In this document: piece by piece, positions 8,564-16,863 of the stretch
Layout of the letters: every line of letters begins with the position of its first letter
Position numbering within the stretch: position 1 is the stretch's first letter
Assembly (NCBI GenBank): GCA_011364905.1
Contig: RDNZ01000052.1
Coordinates: forward strand, 1-16,863
Origin: Candidatus Thorarchaeota archaeon
GTDB lineage: Archaea > Asgardarchaeota > Thorarchaeia > Thorarchaeales > Thorarchaeaceae
Length of the DNA stretch: 16,863 bases
Reading direction: 5' to 3'
Translations under genes and position numbers: made by a program
Notes under the pieces: model-generated
Databases searched by the model: none
What the model was told of the DNA's origin: nothing
The model's input: only the letters and a program-made list of their open reading frames with translations

Positions 8564-9808
8564 ATGGAACCAGTTGAGTTGATTGTCGCAGGCGCCGGAG
8601 ATCGTGGCTTTGTGTATGCATCCTACGCAAAGACCCATCCAAAAAGGGCCAAAATTGTTGGCGTCGCTGAACCAAGAGATTTCTATCGCGAGAAGATGGC
8701 AAAAGAGCACAATATACCAGAAGAGAACGTTTTCACTGATTGGAAAGACATGGCGAAGGAGAAGAAGTTCGCAGACGCGGTCATAATTTCGGTCCAAGAT
8801 CATATGCATAAAGATTCAGCCATCGCATTTGCCAAAAAGGACTATCATATTCTTCTGGAAAAACCAATGGCACCTGATGAGAAAAGCTGCAAGGCAATCG
8901 TAAAAGAAGTTCTTTCGAAAGACATCATCTTTGTCGTGGGACATGTGCTTCGATACACTAGGTACACTCAGAAATTGAAGTCGATTCTCGACTCGGGATT
9001 GATTGGCGATGTAATAAGTATTCAACATCTCGAGCCGGTTGGGTTTTGGCATCAGGCACACTCGTTTGTTCGGGGAAACTGGAGAAACGAGAAGGAATCA
9101 TCCTTTATGCTACTTACAAAGTCCTGTCATGATCTAGACTGGATTAAGTACATCATTGGAAAGAGATGCACTAGTGTGTCTTCATTTGGCTCGCTGACCC
9201 ACTTTCGTAGCGAGAACAAACCTGAGACTGCAGGAAGCAACTGCTTGGAGTGTGAGTACGAGCCAAAGTGTCCATATTCGGCCAAAAGATTCTATCTAAA
9301 GCTATTCGACCATGGGAAGACTGGATGGCCTTTGAGTGTAGTGACTTCTGACATGACGAAAGGGGGACTTGTCCGAGAACTTAGAAATGGGCCCTACGGA
9401 CGCTGCGTGTATGAATGTGATAATGATGTTGTGGATCATCAAGTTGTCATCATGGAGTTTGAAGATGGAGAGACTGCTTCATTCACGATGACTGGTTTTA
9501 CCAGAGCAAGGCAGAGGGAAACGAGAATATTCGGAACGATGGGTGAGATATATGGTAATGGAACAAAGATTCAGCTTCACCAGTTCCTGACTGGAAAAAC
9601 CGTGATTGTTGATACATCCTCAAAAACCCCGACATTGCTTGCAGGCCATGGTGGAGGTGACTACGCTCTGATTGACACCTTCGTATCTGCAGTGTTGCAC
9701 AATGACTCGAGTCTCATCCTCTCTGGCCCCGAGGAAACTCTTGAAACGCATCTGATGACATTCGCGGCAGAGAAGAGTAGGACAGAGGGCAAGGTAATCG
9801 ACCTATAG
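8564..9808 (+). CDS. Gfo/Idh/MocA family NAD(P)-dependent oxidoreductase
   Basis: Rossmann VAGAGDRG, HILLEKPMA, VGHVLRY, HSFVRGNW, KSCHDLD, Cys-rich CLEC..C, GRCVYECDNDVVDHQ and GHGGGD. Confidence 0.9.
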   Translation: MEPVELIVAGAGDRGFVYASYAKTHPKRAKIVGVAEPRDFYREKMAKEHNIPEENVFTDWKDMAKEKKFADAVIISVQDHMHKDSAIAFAKKDYHILLEKPMAPDEKSCKAIVKEVLSKDIIFVVGHVLRYTRYTQKLKSILDSGLIGDVISIQHLEPVGFWHQAHSFVRGNWRNEKESSFMLLTKSCHDLDWIKYIIGKRCTSVSSFGSLTHFRSENKPETAGSNCLECEYEPKCPYSAKRFYLKLFDHGKTGWPLSVVTSDMTKGGLVRELRNGPYGRCVYECDNDVVDHQVVIMEFEDGETASFTMTGFTRARQRETRIFGTMGEIYGNGTKIQLHQFLTGKTVIVDTSSKTPTLLAGHGGGDYALIDTFVSAVLHNDSSLILSGPEETLETHLMTFAAEKSRTEGKVIDL

Positions 9809-9809
9809 A

Positions 9810-10019
9810 TCAACCAAGCCAGAGAATCAAACCAACAACTAACAATCCAACGAAGATTGAGAATTCGACTAGAACTCGGGGATGCTTGAATCCTATTCCT
9901 AGTTTATCGAGATGAGTCACAGTGTAGAAGAGAAACATAAGCGGCAGTAGACTTAGAGCTAGGAGCCACAGCCCAATGGGTGACAGTTGAAGCATGCGTC
10001 TTTGATGGTCGGAAGGCAA
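9810..10019 (-). CDS. Small hypothetical membrane protein (2 TM)
   Basis: 69-aa ORF (alternative ATG at 9995) with two hydrophobic helices. It converges on the oxidoreductase stop. Confidence 0.6.
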   Translation of the reverse strand: MPSDHQRRMLQLSPIGLWLLALSLLPLMFLFYTVTHLDKLGIGFKHPRVLVEFSIFVGLLVVGLILWLG

Positions 10020-10144
10020 TTCACTAATCTAGTAAAATCATTCGCCTTTTTCTATTGATACCCAGGGTTGATGGCATTAGTATTATTGATGCATGCTTGG
10101 AACGGACCACAAAGTGAAGAATGAGGTTCAGTGACCGCACATGA

Positions 10145-10837
10145 TTACTTCACTGCCCGGTGAATAGCAACAGCTCCGAAAGTCATTGTGGTATATTGAA
10201 CTCTTGAAAAACCCGATTCCCGAAGAATAGTGGCTAGGTCTCTTGCATTGAGAAACCGTGGAACGGTATGGGCCAAGTATGCATAACCAGTTTTGGAGCC
10301 AGAAATAATTCTTCCAATCAACTTGATCACTTCCCTGGTGTATAGCTGAAAAGCAGTCTGGATGATAGGTGATGGGGGTTGACTGGTTTCAAGATTGATG
10401 AATCGGCCACTAGGTTTCAAAATACGATAAAACTCCCTCAAGAATGAGGCCAGTCTCTCATGAGTTGGTGCGATATTTCTAGTTGCAAATGATATTACAA
10501 CAAGGTCGAAGGTATTGTCGGGAAAAGGGAGTTGTTGCGAATCTGCCAATGAAACACTCGCTACACGAAGTTCTTCTTTCTTGCTTGCTCTTGAAATCAT
10601 AGGCAAAGAAAAATCAGAAACCACAACTCTCGTGTTCGGGGATGCAACCTTCACAAGATTCACAGCCATTTCTCCTGTCCCACTACAGACTTCCAACCAA
10701 TAATCTCCTCCGCCTATTGCAGCTACTTGGGCTGCCCTCTTTCTCCATGGAATATCTAGACCAAATGTTAAGACATGGTTTACCAACTCGTATAGGCGAG
10801 CGACTTCTGTGAAGACTCGGAGAACTCCTTTACTCAT
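10145..10837 (-). CDS. ubiE: UbiE/MenG/COQ5-family SAM-dependent methyltransferase
   Basis: N-terminal F..VA..YELVNHVLTFGLD..WR, SAM motif LEVCSGTG, DFSLPM, LPFPDNTFD, SFATRN, EFYRILKPSG and Y.YL. Start taken at ATG 10837. Confidence 0.8.
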   Translation of the reverse strand: MSKGVLRVFTEVARLYELVNHVLTFGLDIPWRKRAAQVAAIGGGDYWLEVCSGTGEMAVNLVKVASPNTRVVVSDFSLPMISRASKKEELRVASVSLADSQQLPFPDNTFDLVVISFATRNIAPTHERLASFLREFYRILKPSGRFINLETSQPPSPIIQTAFQLYTREVIKLIGRIISGSKTGYAYLAHTVPRFLNARDLATILRESGFSRVQYTTMTFGAVAIHRAVK

Positions 10838-10934
10838 CGAACCAAATCCTTCAATTCTGAGGGAAGCAACAAGCACATCGAAACTAGTTGGTTGATAATA
10901 TTCCCTATATGGCTGCTTTTGAAAAGTCCAGATT

Positions 10935-12575
10935 CTAGTCTTTCAGAATGTGCGGTAGAGTGATTCGCAACAAAATCGCTTCTCCTAATGATATGGACAA
11001 CTGAACTAGAACCGATAATAGATGGTCGCCTGTAATAAGTAGAGTCACGCCGTATCCCGAAAGCGGCAAAAGGCCAACAATTCCGCTGACAACGAGCGCG
11101 AGAAGTGACATTAGCTGATCGCCAACAAGATTAACTGCTGTAACGCGCCCACCTCCGCGGACTTTGTATATGGTTCCGCCTACAGCAGCCCCAACGGAGT
11201 ATGCGCAGGGTATTTGGAATAAAGGAATGAAGAGAAGATATGGCGATATCAAATTACCAAGTAAGAGAAATACAAACACCACCAATGTTGAAAACGAATA
11301 GGACACAGCAGAGATGACAATCTTGCCATTCAGAACCGTCATTGTCCTCAGTGGCAATCCCTCATAGATTGAAGCACCTTGGGTATCTAGTCCCAGTAGT
11401 CCAACCATTGCGGCTCCGCCAAAGATGGTTATATATCCAACAACCAATAACACCGACCAGCTTCTGATTGCGGTAGAATACCCAAGCGAGAGAGACGGAA
11501 GAATGGCAAAAACCAAGATGAAGGGCAGAACAAGAAGCATGATCGACCCAAGACTTCGTGTCGCCACGCGGATGTCCTTTCTTATCATCGCTCGAAGTTT
11601 TGATGAGATATTTAGGTCAATTGGTGATATGGAAAAATCAGAGGATACCGAAATCCCGCCCATCGCCAAAGACCGCAGAGTCCTCCCACTTGTTATGTAG
11701 CTTCTAAAACCAAGATAAATATAGACAATAGATGCCAAGGTGGAAGCTATCACTGTCGGGAGTGGAAATACCGGACCGTAGGTAATTATTGCAGCGACAA
11801 ATCCAAATGAGAATGGAAAGATCAATGCGAGAATGATGGTTATTCCAGAACCAACAATTGTTGATAGTGTCGTGATGAAATCAACAATGGCAGGAATAAA
11901 GCCCATCACTCCATAGGAAATGAAGATCCCTATCATCATTCCCAATCCGGCTCCAATTCTGATGATAATTGAGAGCTTTGACTCGTTTCCAGATTGGGAC
12001 TTTGAATAGAACCATCCTGAAACCCGAATGAGGGCTCCAAGAGCTAGGATTGATGTTGTTGCCAATGCGGCAAGTAGGAAGATTCCAGTCAATAAACCGA
12101 AAAGTGCAGCAATCATTGCTGGATAGATGACTACAATCAGTACGATTGGTGCAATAAAGATTCTAGCGAATGCCAGTAACATGAGCCCTTCTAAATCAGA
12201 CTTGTTGAATGGAAGCGTCGATGGCAGAATCATGGCGCCAGAGCTGAAGAAACCCGTCGTTGACATCAAGTTCATGAATAAAATCAGTGCGAAACTTATC
12301 CCGAGGAAGATACTGATAGAAACAGCGAATTGAAGCCCTTCGTTTCCAGCGGAACTGAGGATGAAGAGAAACGCCACCATAAAAATGCCAATCATTAGAA
12401 CTATGAATCCCGTTAGTATCGAGTTAAATGCAGAACCTCTCTTTATCTGTGAAATGATACGCTCAGGCTTTTCCTTAATTCTAGATAGGTTGGATGGATT
12501 GGCATCTAGGTAGCCGTTAAAACGAATCTCTTGAGCGATGACACCGGCAACTCTCCATCGCTCTCTAAAGTTCAC
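10935..12575 (-). CDS. ABC exporter permease (multi-TM membrane protein)
   Basis: 546 aa with many hydrophobic helices and internal two-fold organisation (TLPF / GLPL, KDIRVATRS). Its GTG start overlaps the ATPase TGA (GTGA). Confidence 0.8.
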   Translation of the reverse strand: MNFRERWRVAGVIAQEIRFNGYLDANPSNLSRIKEKPERIISQIKRGSAFNSILTGFIVLMIGIFMVAFLFILSSAGNEGLQFAVSISIFLGISFALILFMNLMSTTGFFSSGAMILPSTLPFNKSDLEGLMLLAFARIFIAPIVLIVVIYPAMIAALFGLLTGIFLLAALATTSILALGALIRVSGWFYSKSQSGNESKLSIIIRIGAGLGMMIGIFISYGVMGFIPAIVDFITTLSTIVGSGITIILALIFPFSFGFVAAIITYGPVFPLPTVIASTLASIVYIYLGFRSYITSGRTLRSLAMGGISVSSDFSISPIDLNISSKLRAMIRKDIRVATRSLGSIMLLVLPFILVFAILPSLSLGYSTAIRSWSVLLVVGYITIFGGAAMVGLLGLDTQGASIYEGLPLRTMTVLNGKIVISAVSYSFSTLVVFVFLLLGNLISPYLLFIPLFQIPCAYSVGAAVGGTIYKVRGGGRVTAVNLVGDQLMSLLALVVSGIVGLLPLSGYGVTLLITGDHLLSVLVQLSISLGEAILLRITLPHILKD

Positions 12576-13351
12576 TTATCTAAAGCCCCCTTCAGTGCAT
12601 CAACGCCTTTTCTAACTTCATCTTCCTCTCCAGTCAATCTAAGAAAGACACTCTCAAGCGTGGCCCCTTCAGATTGAGATTGAGTCCGGAGTTCATCAAG
12701 TGTGCCCTCTGCCACAAGAACACCATCATCAATAATGCCTACACGATCGCAGAGACCCTCTGCCATCTCCATAATATGTGTACTAAACAGCACAGAACCC
12801 CCCCTTTCAGTGTGAATCTGAATAACATCCTTCATGATTCGAGTCGTTCTCACATCCAATCCAGAAAAGGGCTCATCTAGGATTAACAGGTCAGGAGCAT
12901 GTAACATGGCAATTAGAAGCATAGCCTTCTGCTTATTTCCTTGTGAGAGCGTAATAACTGGCTTGTCATAATGGTTCGCAAAATCAAGTGCTCGAGCCAT
13001 TTCTTCAACTCGATTCTTTGTGCGATAGTAATCGAGACCACGAACTGAAGCTACAAACTCGAGAATCTCCCGTGATGTTAATGAATTGTATAGAAGCTGC
13101 TCTTCAGGGACATAACCCACTCTTTTCTTCACCTCAATAGGATCAGAGGTTGAATCAATGCCAAACACAGTTGCTGTTCCCGAATCAGGATCAAGAAGGC
13201 CCATCAGAACCTTTAGCGTTGTTGTCTTTCCTGCACCATTTGGCCCTAAGAGACCATAGACCTCTCCCTCATATACATCGAATGTCAGGTTATTGACAGC
13301 TTTTACGTGACCAAAAGTCTTGACAAGTTCTCTTACCTCGATTGGATTCAT
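12572..13351 (-). CDS. ABC transporter ATP-binding protein (ABC-2/CcmA-like exporter)
   Basis: Walker A GPNGAGKTT, signature LSQGNKQK, Walker B LLILDEP and H-loop STH. Likely start is ATG 13351. Confidence 0.95.
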   Translation of the reverse strand: MNPIEVRELVKTFGHVKAVNNLTFDVYEGEVYGLLGPNGAGKTTTLKVLMGLLDPDSGTATVFGIDSTSDPIEVKKRVGYVPEEQLLYNSLTSREILEFVASVRGLDYYRTKNRVEEMARALDFANHYDKPVITLSQGNKQKAMLLIAMLHAPDLLILDEPFSGLDVRTTRIMKDVIQIHTERGGSVLFSTHIMEMAEGLCDRVGIIDDGVLVAEGTLDELRTQSQSEGATLESVFLRLTGEEDEVRKGVDALKGALDK

Positions 13352-13616
13352 CACGAGTCCCCCAGAAATCAGCGAGTGCTGCCTGCATGCACCTGCTGAG
13401 TGATAAATAGCTTGTGGCAATTTATGTTCTTCGAGATTGATTATGTTTGATTAGTCGCTAAGTTTCAGAAATAGATATAGAATATAGTGACGGAAGTTCC
13501 TTGGAACGATTTGATTGAACGGAATTATGATGCAAGCACCGTATGTCCAAATTCCTTCTAGAGCAAGATGAAGAATGATGACCAGCAAAGCGATACCGAA
13601 TCTGATTGAAGCTTGT

Positions 13617-14186
13617 TCAATCAATTTGATCAAGACTGCTCCCAATAGAATATGCATCTGCTACAACTTCGCCAAGTGTCCAATATTGCGACGCTGGTTT
13701 GGTGAAAATCAGCAAGTCCATTTTTTTCTGATCCAATTCTCCATTAGTCATGTATTTTTCTTCGGAATAGAGATGCTTAACTTCGCCAAGGACAAGATAG
13801 TGAGACGATACATCAACGAGGTCATGGAGTACACATTCAGCAGTCACGGGACAATCTCTAATCATTGGTGCTGCTTCAAACTCTCCATAAAACAAATCAA
13901 ACAGTTTTGATTTATCCACATTTTTTCCAGACCTAATACCACAGAAATCAGTCTTCACGACCAGAGCTGCTCCTGGAAAGTTCACACTGAAGACCTTGTT
14001 CTCTTTGATTCCCTTGAGAGTATATCGCGCCTTGCCAACACAAGCCCCCCAAATATTCGGGGTTCGACTCATACGGTTGAACCAGGCCACTGTGAAGAAG
14101 TTGGGCCGTCCTTCAACAATTGAACCAAGAAGGACAATTGGCTTAGGAAAAGGAGAGCTCTGAGAATCGAGTTCCATCTTTGTCAT
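13617..14186 (-). CDS. Flavin reductase family (flavoredoxin-like, FMN-binding split barrel) protein
   Basis: Motifs P.PIVLLG, GRPNFFTVAW, FSVNFP, DFCGIRSG..VDK, APMIRDCPVTAEC and HYLVLGEV. Confidence 0.9.
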   Translation of the reverse strand: MTKMELDSQSSPFPKPIVLLGSIVEGRPNFFTVAWFNRMSRTPNIWGACVGKARYTLKGIKENKVFSVNFPGAALVVKTDFCGIRSGKNVDKSKLFDLFYGEFEAAPMIRDCPVTAECVLHDLVDVSSHYLVLGEVKHLYSEEKYMTNGELDQKKMDLLIFTKPASQYWTLGEVVADAYSIGSSLDQID

Positions 14187-14254
14187 TGGAGCTTACACCG
14201 AATGAATCTGTTTCAAAATCGACTTTTAAAGTGTCATTGTAAGCAAGTACGAAC

Positions 14255-15091
14255 CTATCTAAGAAGGTAGACTTGAGTTGTGGCAAAGATTGCAGCAATC
14301 AGTATGACTATGCCAATCGTAAATCGAAGCTTCCGCTCTGAAATGCTTTGGATTCGAGTTACAGCAAGATAGCTGCTTATCGATCCAATGACGACGTATA
14401 GACTAACCAAGAGAACAGTGGATAAGCTAAACTGAAGAAGGACGAGATACGAGATTACAGTCATTGAGAGCATGATTGTCGTCGCCACCATTGCTGTACC
14501 AACAGCTCTGAGTGTAGGTAGACCTACAATGAACATGAGGACTAGTGCTATATTCATCGCACCGCCCATTGCTATCAGCCCCGTTAGAAAACCTTGTAGG
14601 ATACAAAATCCGTAGACGATACTTTCCTTCTGTTTGCCTGACAAGTGAGGCGATCCAGATTTCGAACCTTCACGCTTGGTTCCAGTGAAGTTCTTCATTT
14701 TAAAAGCCTGAACAATGAACATAATTCCAAACAACAATGTGATAATCGATGAACCACCTTCAAACAAGCTCGAGAATTGTTCCAAGATAGGAAAAGCAAG
14801 AGATGCTGTGACTAAAGCGACAATTCCTGCAACTATACCTAGTTTGACACCATACGTACTATCTATCGCGACCTCTTGATGTCGAACATAGAATGCAGAA
14901 AGGACAAATGCAATTGCCAAATCGACCAACAAGCTTGACAAGAGAGCCTCATGAAGCGGCACCCCGCCAAACACAAGTAGTAAAGGTACCAACAAAGGCC
15001 AGGCTGTTAAGCCAATAACACCTGCACCAAGTCCCACAAGCACTCCGATAGGAAATGCAAGTATAATCATGGTGGTCATTAGAGGGTCCAT
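14255..15091 (-). CDS. TauE/SafE (sulfite exporter) family membrane protein
   Basis: Two repeats of a Gly-rich TM motif (GLGAGVIG...VPLL and GFLTGLIAMGGA), AVGT motif, and ISERKLR before the last TM. Confidence 0.75.
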   Translation of the reverse strand: MDPLMTTMIILAFPIGVLVGLGAGVIGLTAWPLLVPLLLVFGGVPLHEALLSSLLVDLAIAFVLSAFYVRHQEVAIDSTYGVKLGIVAGIVALVTASLAFPILEQFSSLFEGGSSIITLLFGIMFIVQAFKMKNFTGTKREGSKSGSPHLSGKQKESIVYGFCILQGFLTGLIAMGGAMNIALVLMFIVGLPTLRAVGTAMVATTIMLSMTVISYLVLLQFSLSTVLLVSLYVVIGSISSYLAVTRIQSISERKLRFTIGIVILIAAIFATTQVYLLR

Positions 15092-15173
15092 ATTCCACAA
15101 CAAGCTCTGTGCTCGTTTTATTCATTACTCATTCAGAATCAGGCAACCATGAAACTGCGGATTGATGTCATAC

Positions 15174-15473
15174 TCATCTTATTGGTCCTGTTTCCATACT
15201 CCAGACTGCATCTTTCGAGAAACCTTCAGGAAGAAAGACTGCGGCGATTCCAGCGAGCATCAACATTATACCACTTATTACAAGGAAGAATTGAATGTAC
15301 TCAAAATTGGCCGTAGGAGGAACTGAACCAGAATAAGCTGAAACTACGGAGATCAAAAGAGAGGAAACTAATCCAATCACTATAAGTGCAATACCAAGCA
15401 GGAATGCCACTCTGCCAATCCGTTTCCTTCTTGAGGGATAAGGGGTCTCAATCTCTTCTTGTTGACTATTCAT
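15174..15473 (-). CDS. Hypothetical membrane protein (2 TM)
   Basis: About 99-aa ORF from ATG 15473 with basic RRKR followed by two hydrophobic helices. Confidence 0.65.
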   Translation of the reverse strand: MNSQQEEIETPYPSRRKRIGRVAFLLGIALIVIGLVSSLLISVVSAYSGSVPPTANFEYIQFFLVISGIMLMLAGIAAVFLPEGFSKDAVWSMETGPIR

Positions 15474-15681
15474 AATCCTACCAACTATAAGTATGTTAAA
15501 ATCGAAAATAAACATTGAGCTAAATACTAGAGATCAGAGAACGCTTCTTTGCCAGTTCTCAGCAACAATTTGGACAAATCGACAACAAAGGATAAGAAAA
15601 TGTGAAAGCATCTAGGACAAAACAGATTAGCTACAAAAACGATGTAGACACAATTCGCATGTGAGTTGAAGAGGTATAGGT

Positions 15682-16161
15682 ATGCTCCGTAGAGCAAGAC
15701 TAACCAAGCGTAGAGGAATTATCTTGGTTTTCCTATTAGGAGTCCTATTCTTTGGTATTGTAGATTCAAGATTTCTCTGGACTGGATGGAGTCCCGACAC
15801 AGGAGGACTATGTTTTGTGAGCCAGCGTTATGGCGCAAACGCAAACTCGTCATACTCTACAGTGTTCTTTGGTGTGAATTTCACTTTCTTGTACTGGACT
15901 TATCCACCTCCAGTAGCAGGACCAAATGGGACAACAATTGCTGTGGTGGATGCGCCTTACAGGGCATACTTTGATGTTGCTTTCGAGGATGGATCAAAGG
16001 AAATCCTTAGTCTCTTTGTGGATGGTTATACAGCACTAATGCCATTCCAGTTTCCACATGGTGTGAAAACCATTCATTCATATCCCAGTGCAGGAATTGT
16101 GACAAGTGAGTCATGGGGTCTTTGGGGAGGGTGGCAGTATACTGTTGCTCTTTTGGGCTAG
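15682..16161 (+). CDS. Hypothetical secreted / membrane-anchored protein
   Basis: 159 aa with a basic N-terminus and hydrophobic helix (signal/anchor). GAGGT lies upstream of the ATG, and the domain is rich in aromatics and Thr. Confidence 0.7.
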   Translation: MLRRARLTKRRGIILVFLLGVLFFGIVDSRFLWTGWSPDTGGLCFVSQRYGANANSSYSTVFFGVNFTFLYWTYPPPVAGPNGTTIAVVDAPYRAYFDVAFEDGSKEILSLFVDGYTALMPFQFPHGVKTIHSYPSAGIVTSESWGLWGGWQYTVALLG

Positions 16162-16206
16162 TGACTTGTCTACATTCAAGTATTATCTAAAATGTTAACT
16201 GGACCC

Positions 16207-16213
16207 AAAAAAA
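16207..16213 (-). terminator. Oligo-T tract, candidate terminator for the 23S transcript
   Basis: A7 on the plus strand (T7 on minus), about 80 nt past the estimated 23S 3' end. Confidence 0.35.
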
Positions 16214-16294
16214 CATTAGACAGCAAAGGATGGAGATACGTCTTTCGTTACTACACTCCTAGACAACTCTAGGTACTGTGCGAAGCACACTTTT

Positions 16295-16863
<569 letters not shown>

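Noticed and set aside
864-12880. Numerous short ORFs overlapping the main genes (e.g. 1311-1616, 3237-3593, 5086-5466, 5929-6372, 11425-11700)
   Set aside because: They are antisense or alternate-frame shadows of well-supported genes.
13451-13609. Plus-strand frame interrupted only by TAG codons (possible pyrrolysine readthrough)
   Set aside because: It is short, has no clear start and no recognisable family, and three TAGs are more consistent with non-coding or decayed sequence.
13451-13910. ORFs 13451-13657 (-) and 13575-13910 (+)
   Set aside because: They overlap the flavin reductase and show no protein-like motifs.

Overview
Archaeal chromosomal window. The 23S rRNA signatures, mid-40% GC and gene style suggest Asgard/Thorarchaeia, which is an inference. 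Left half (1-7.8 kb): a TIM-barrel isomerase/epimerase-family ORF running off the left edge (missed by the ORF track), then a five-enzyme reductive pyrimidine catabolic cluster arranged as two divergent pairs. The enzymes are dihydropyrimidinase (frameshifted by an exact 10-bp tandem duplication), nitrilase-type beta-ureidopropionase, class III (beta-alanine-type) aminotransferase, PreA-type dihydropyrimidine dehydrogenase with no PreT in the window, and CoA-acylating (methyl)malonate-semialdehyde dehydrogenase. A ferritin-like protein follows. A perfect 20-bp palindrome lies between the aminotransferase and preA. Middle/right: NIPSNAP protein, Gfo/Idh/MocA oxidoreductase, UbiE/MenG methyltransferase, ABC ATPase plus permease, flavin reductase, TauE/SafE exporter and several small membrane proteins. 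Right end (about 16295-16863, minus strand): the 3' part of a 23S rRNA gene. It has a ~60-nt structured insertion at helix 98 (ES39 position), non-consensus bases in the sarcin-ricin loop and peptidyl-transferase region, and no linked 5S gene.
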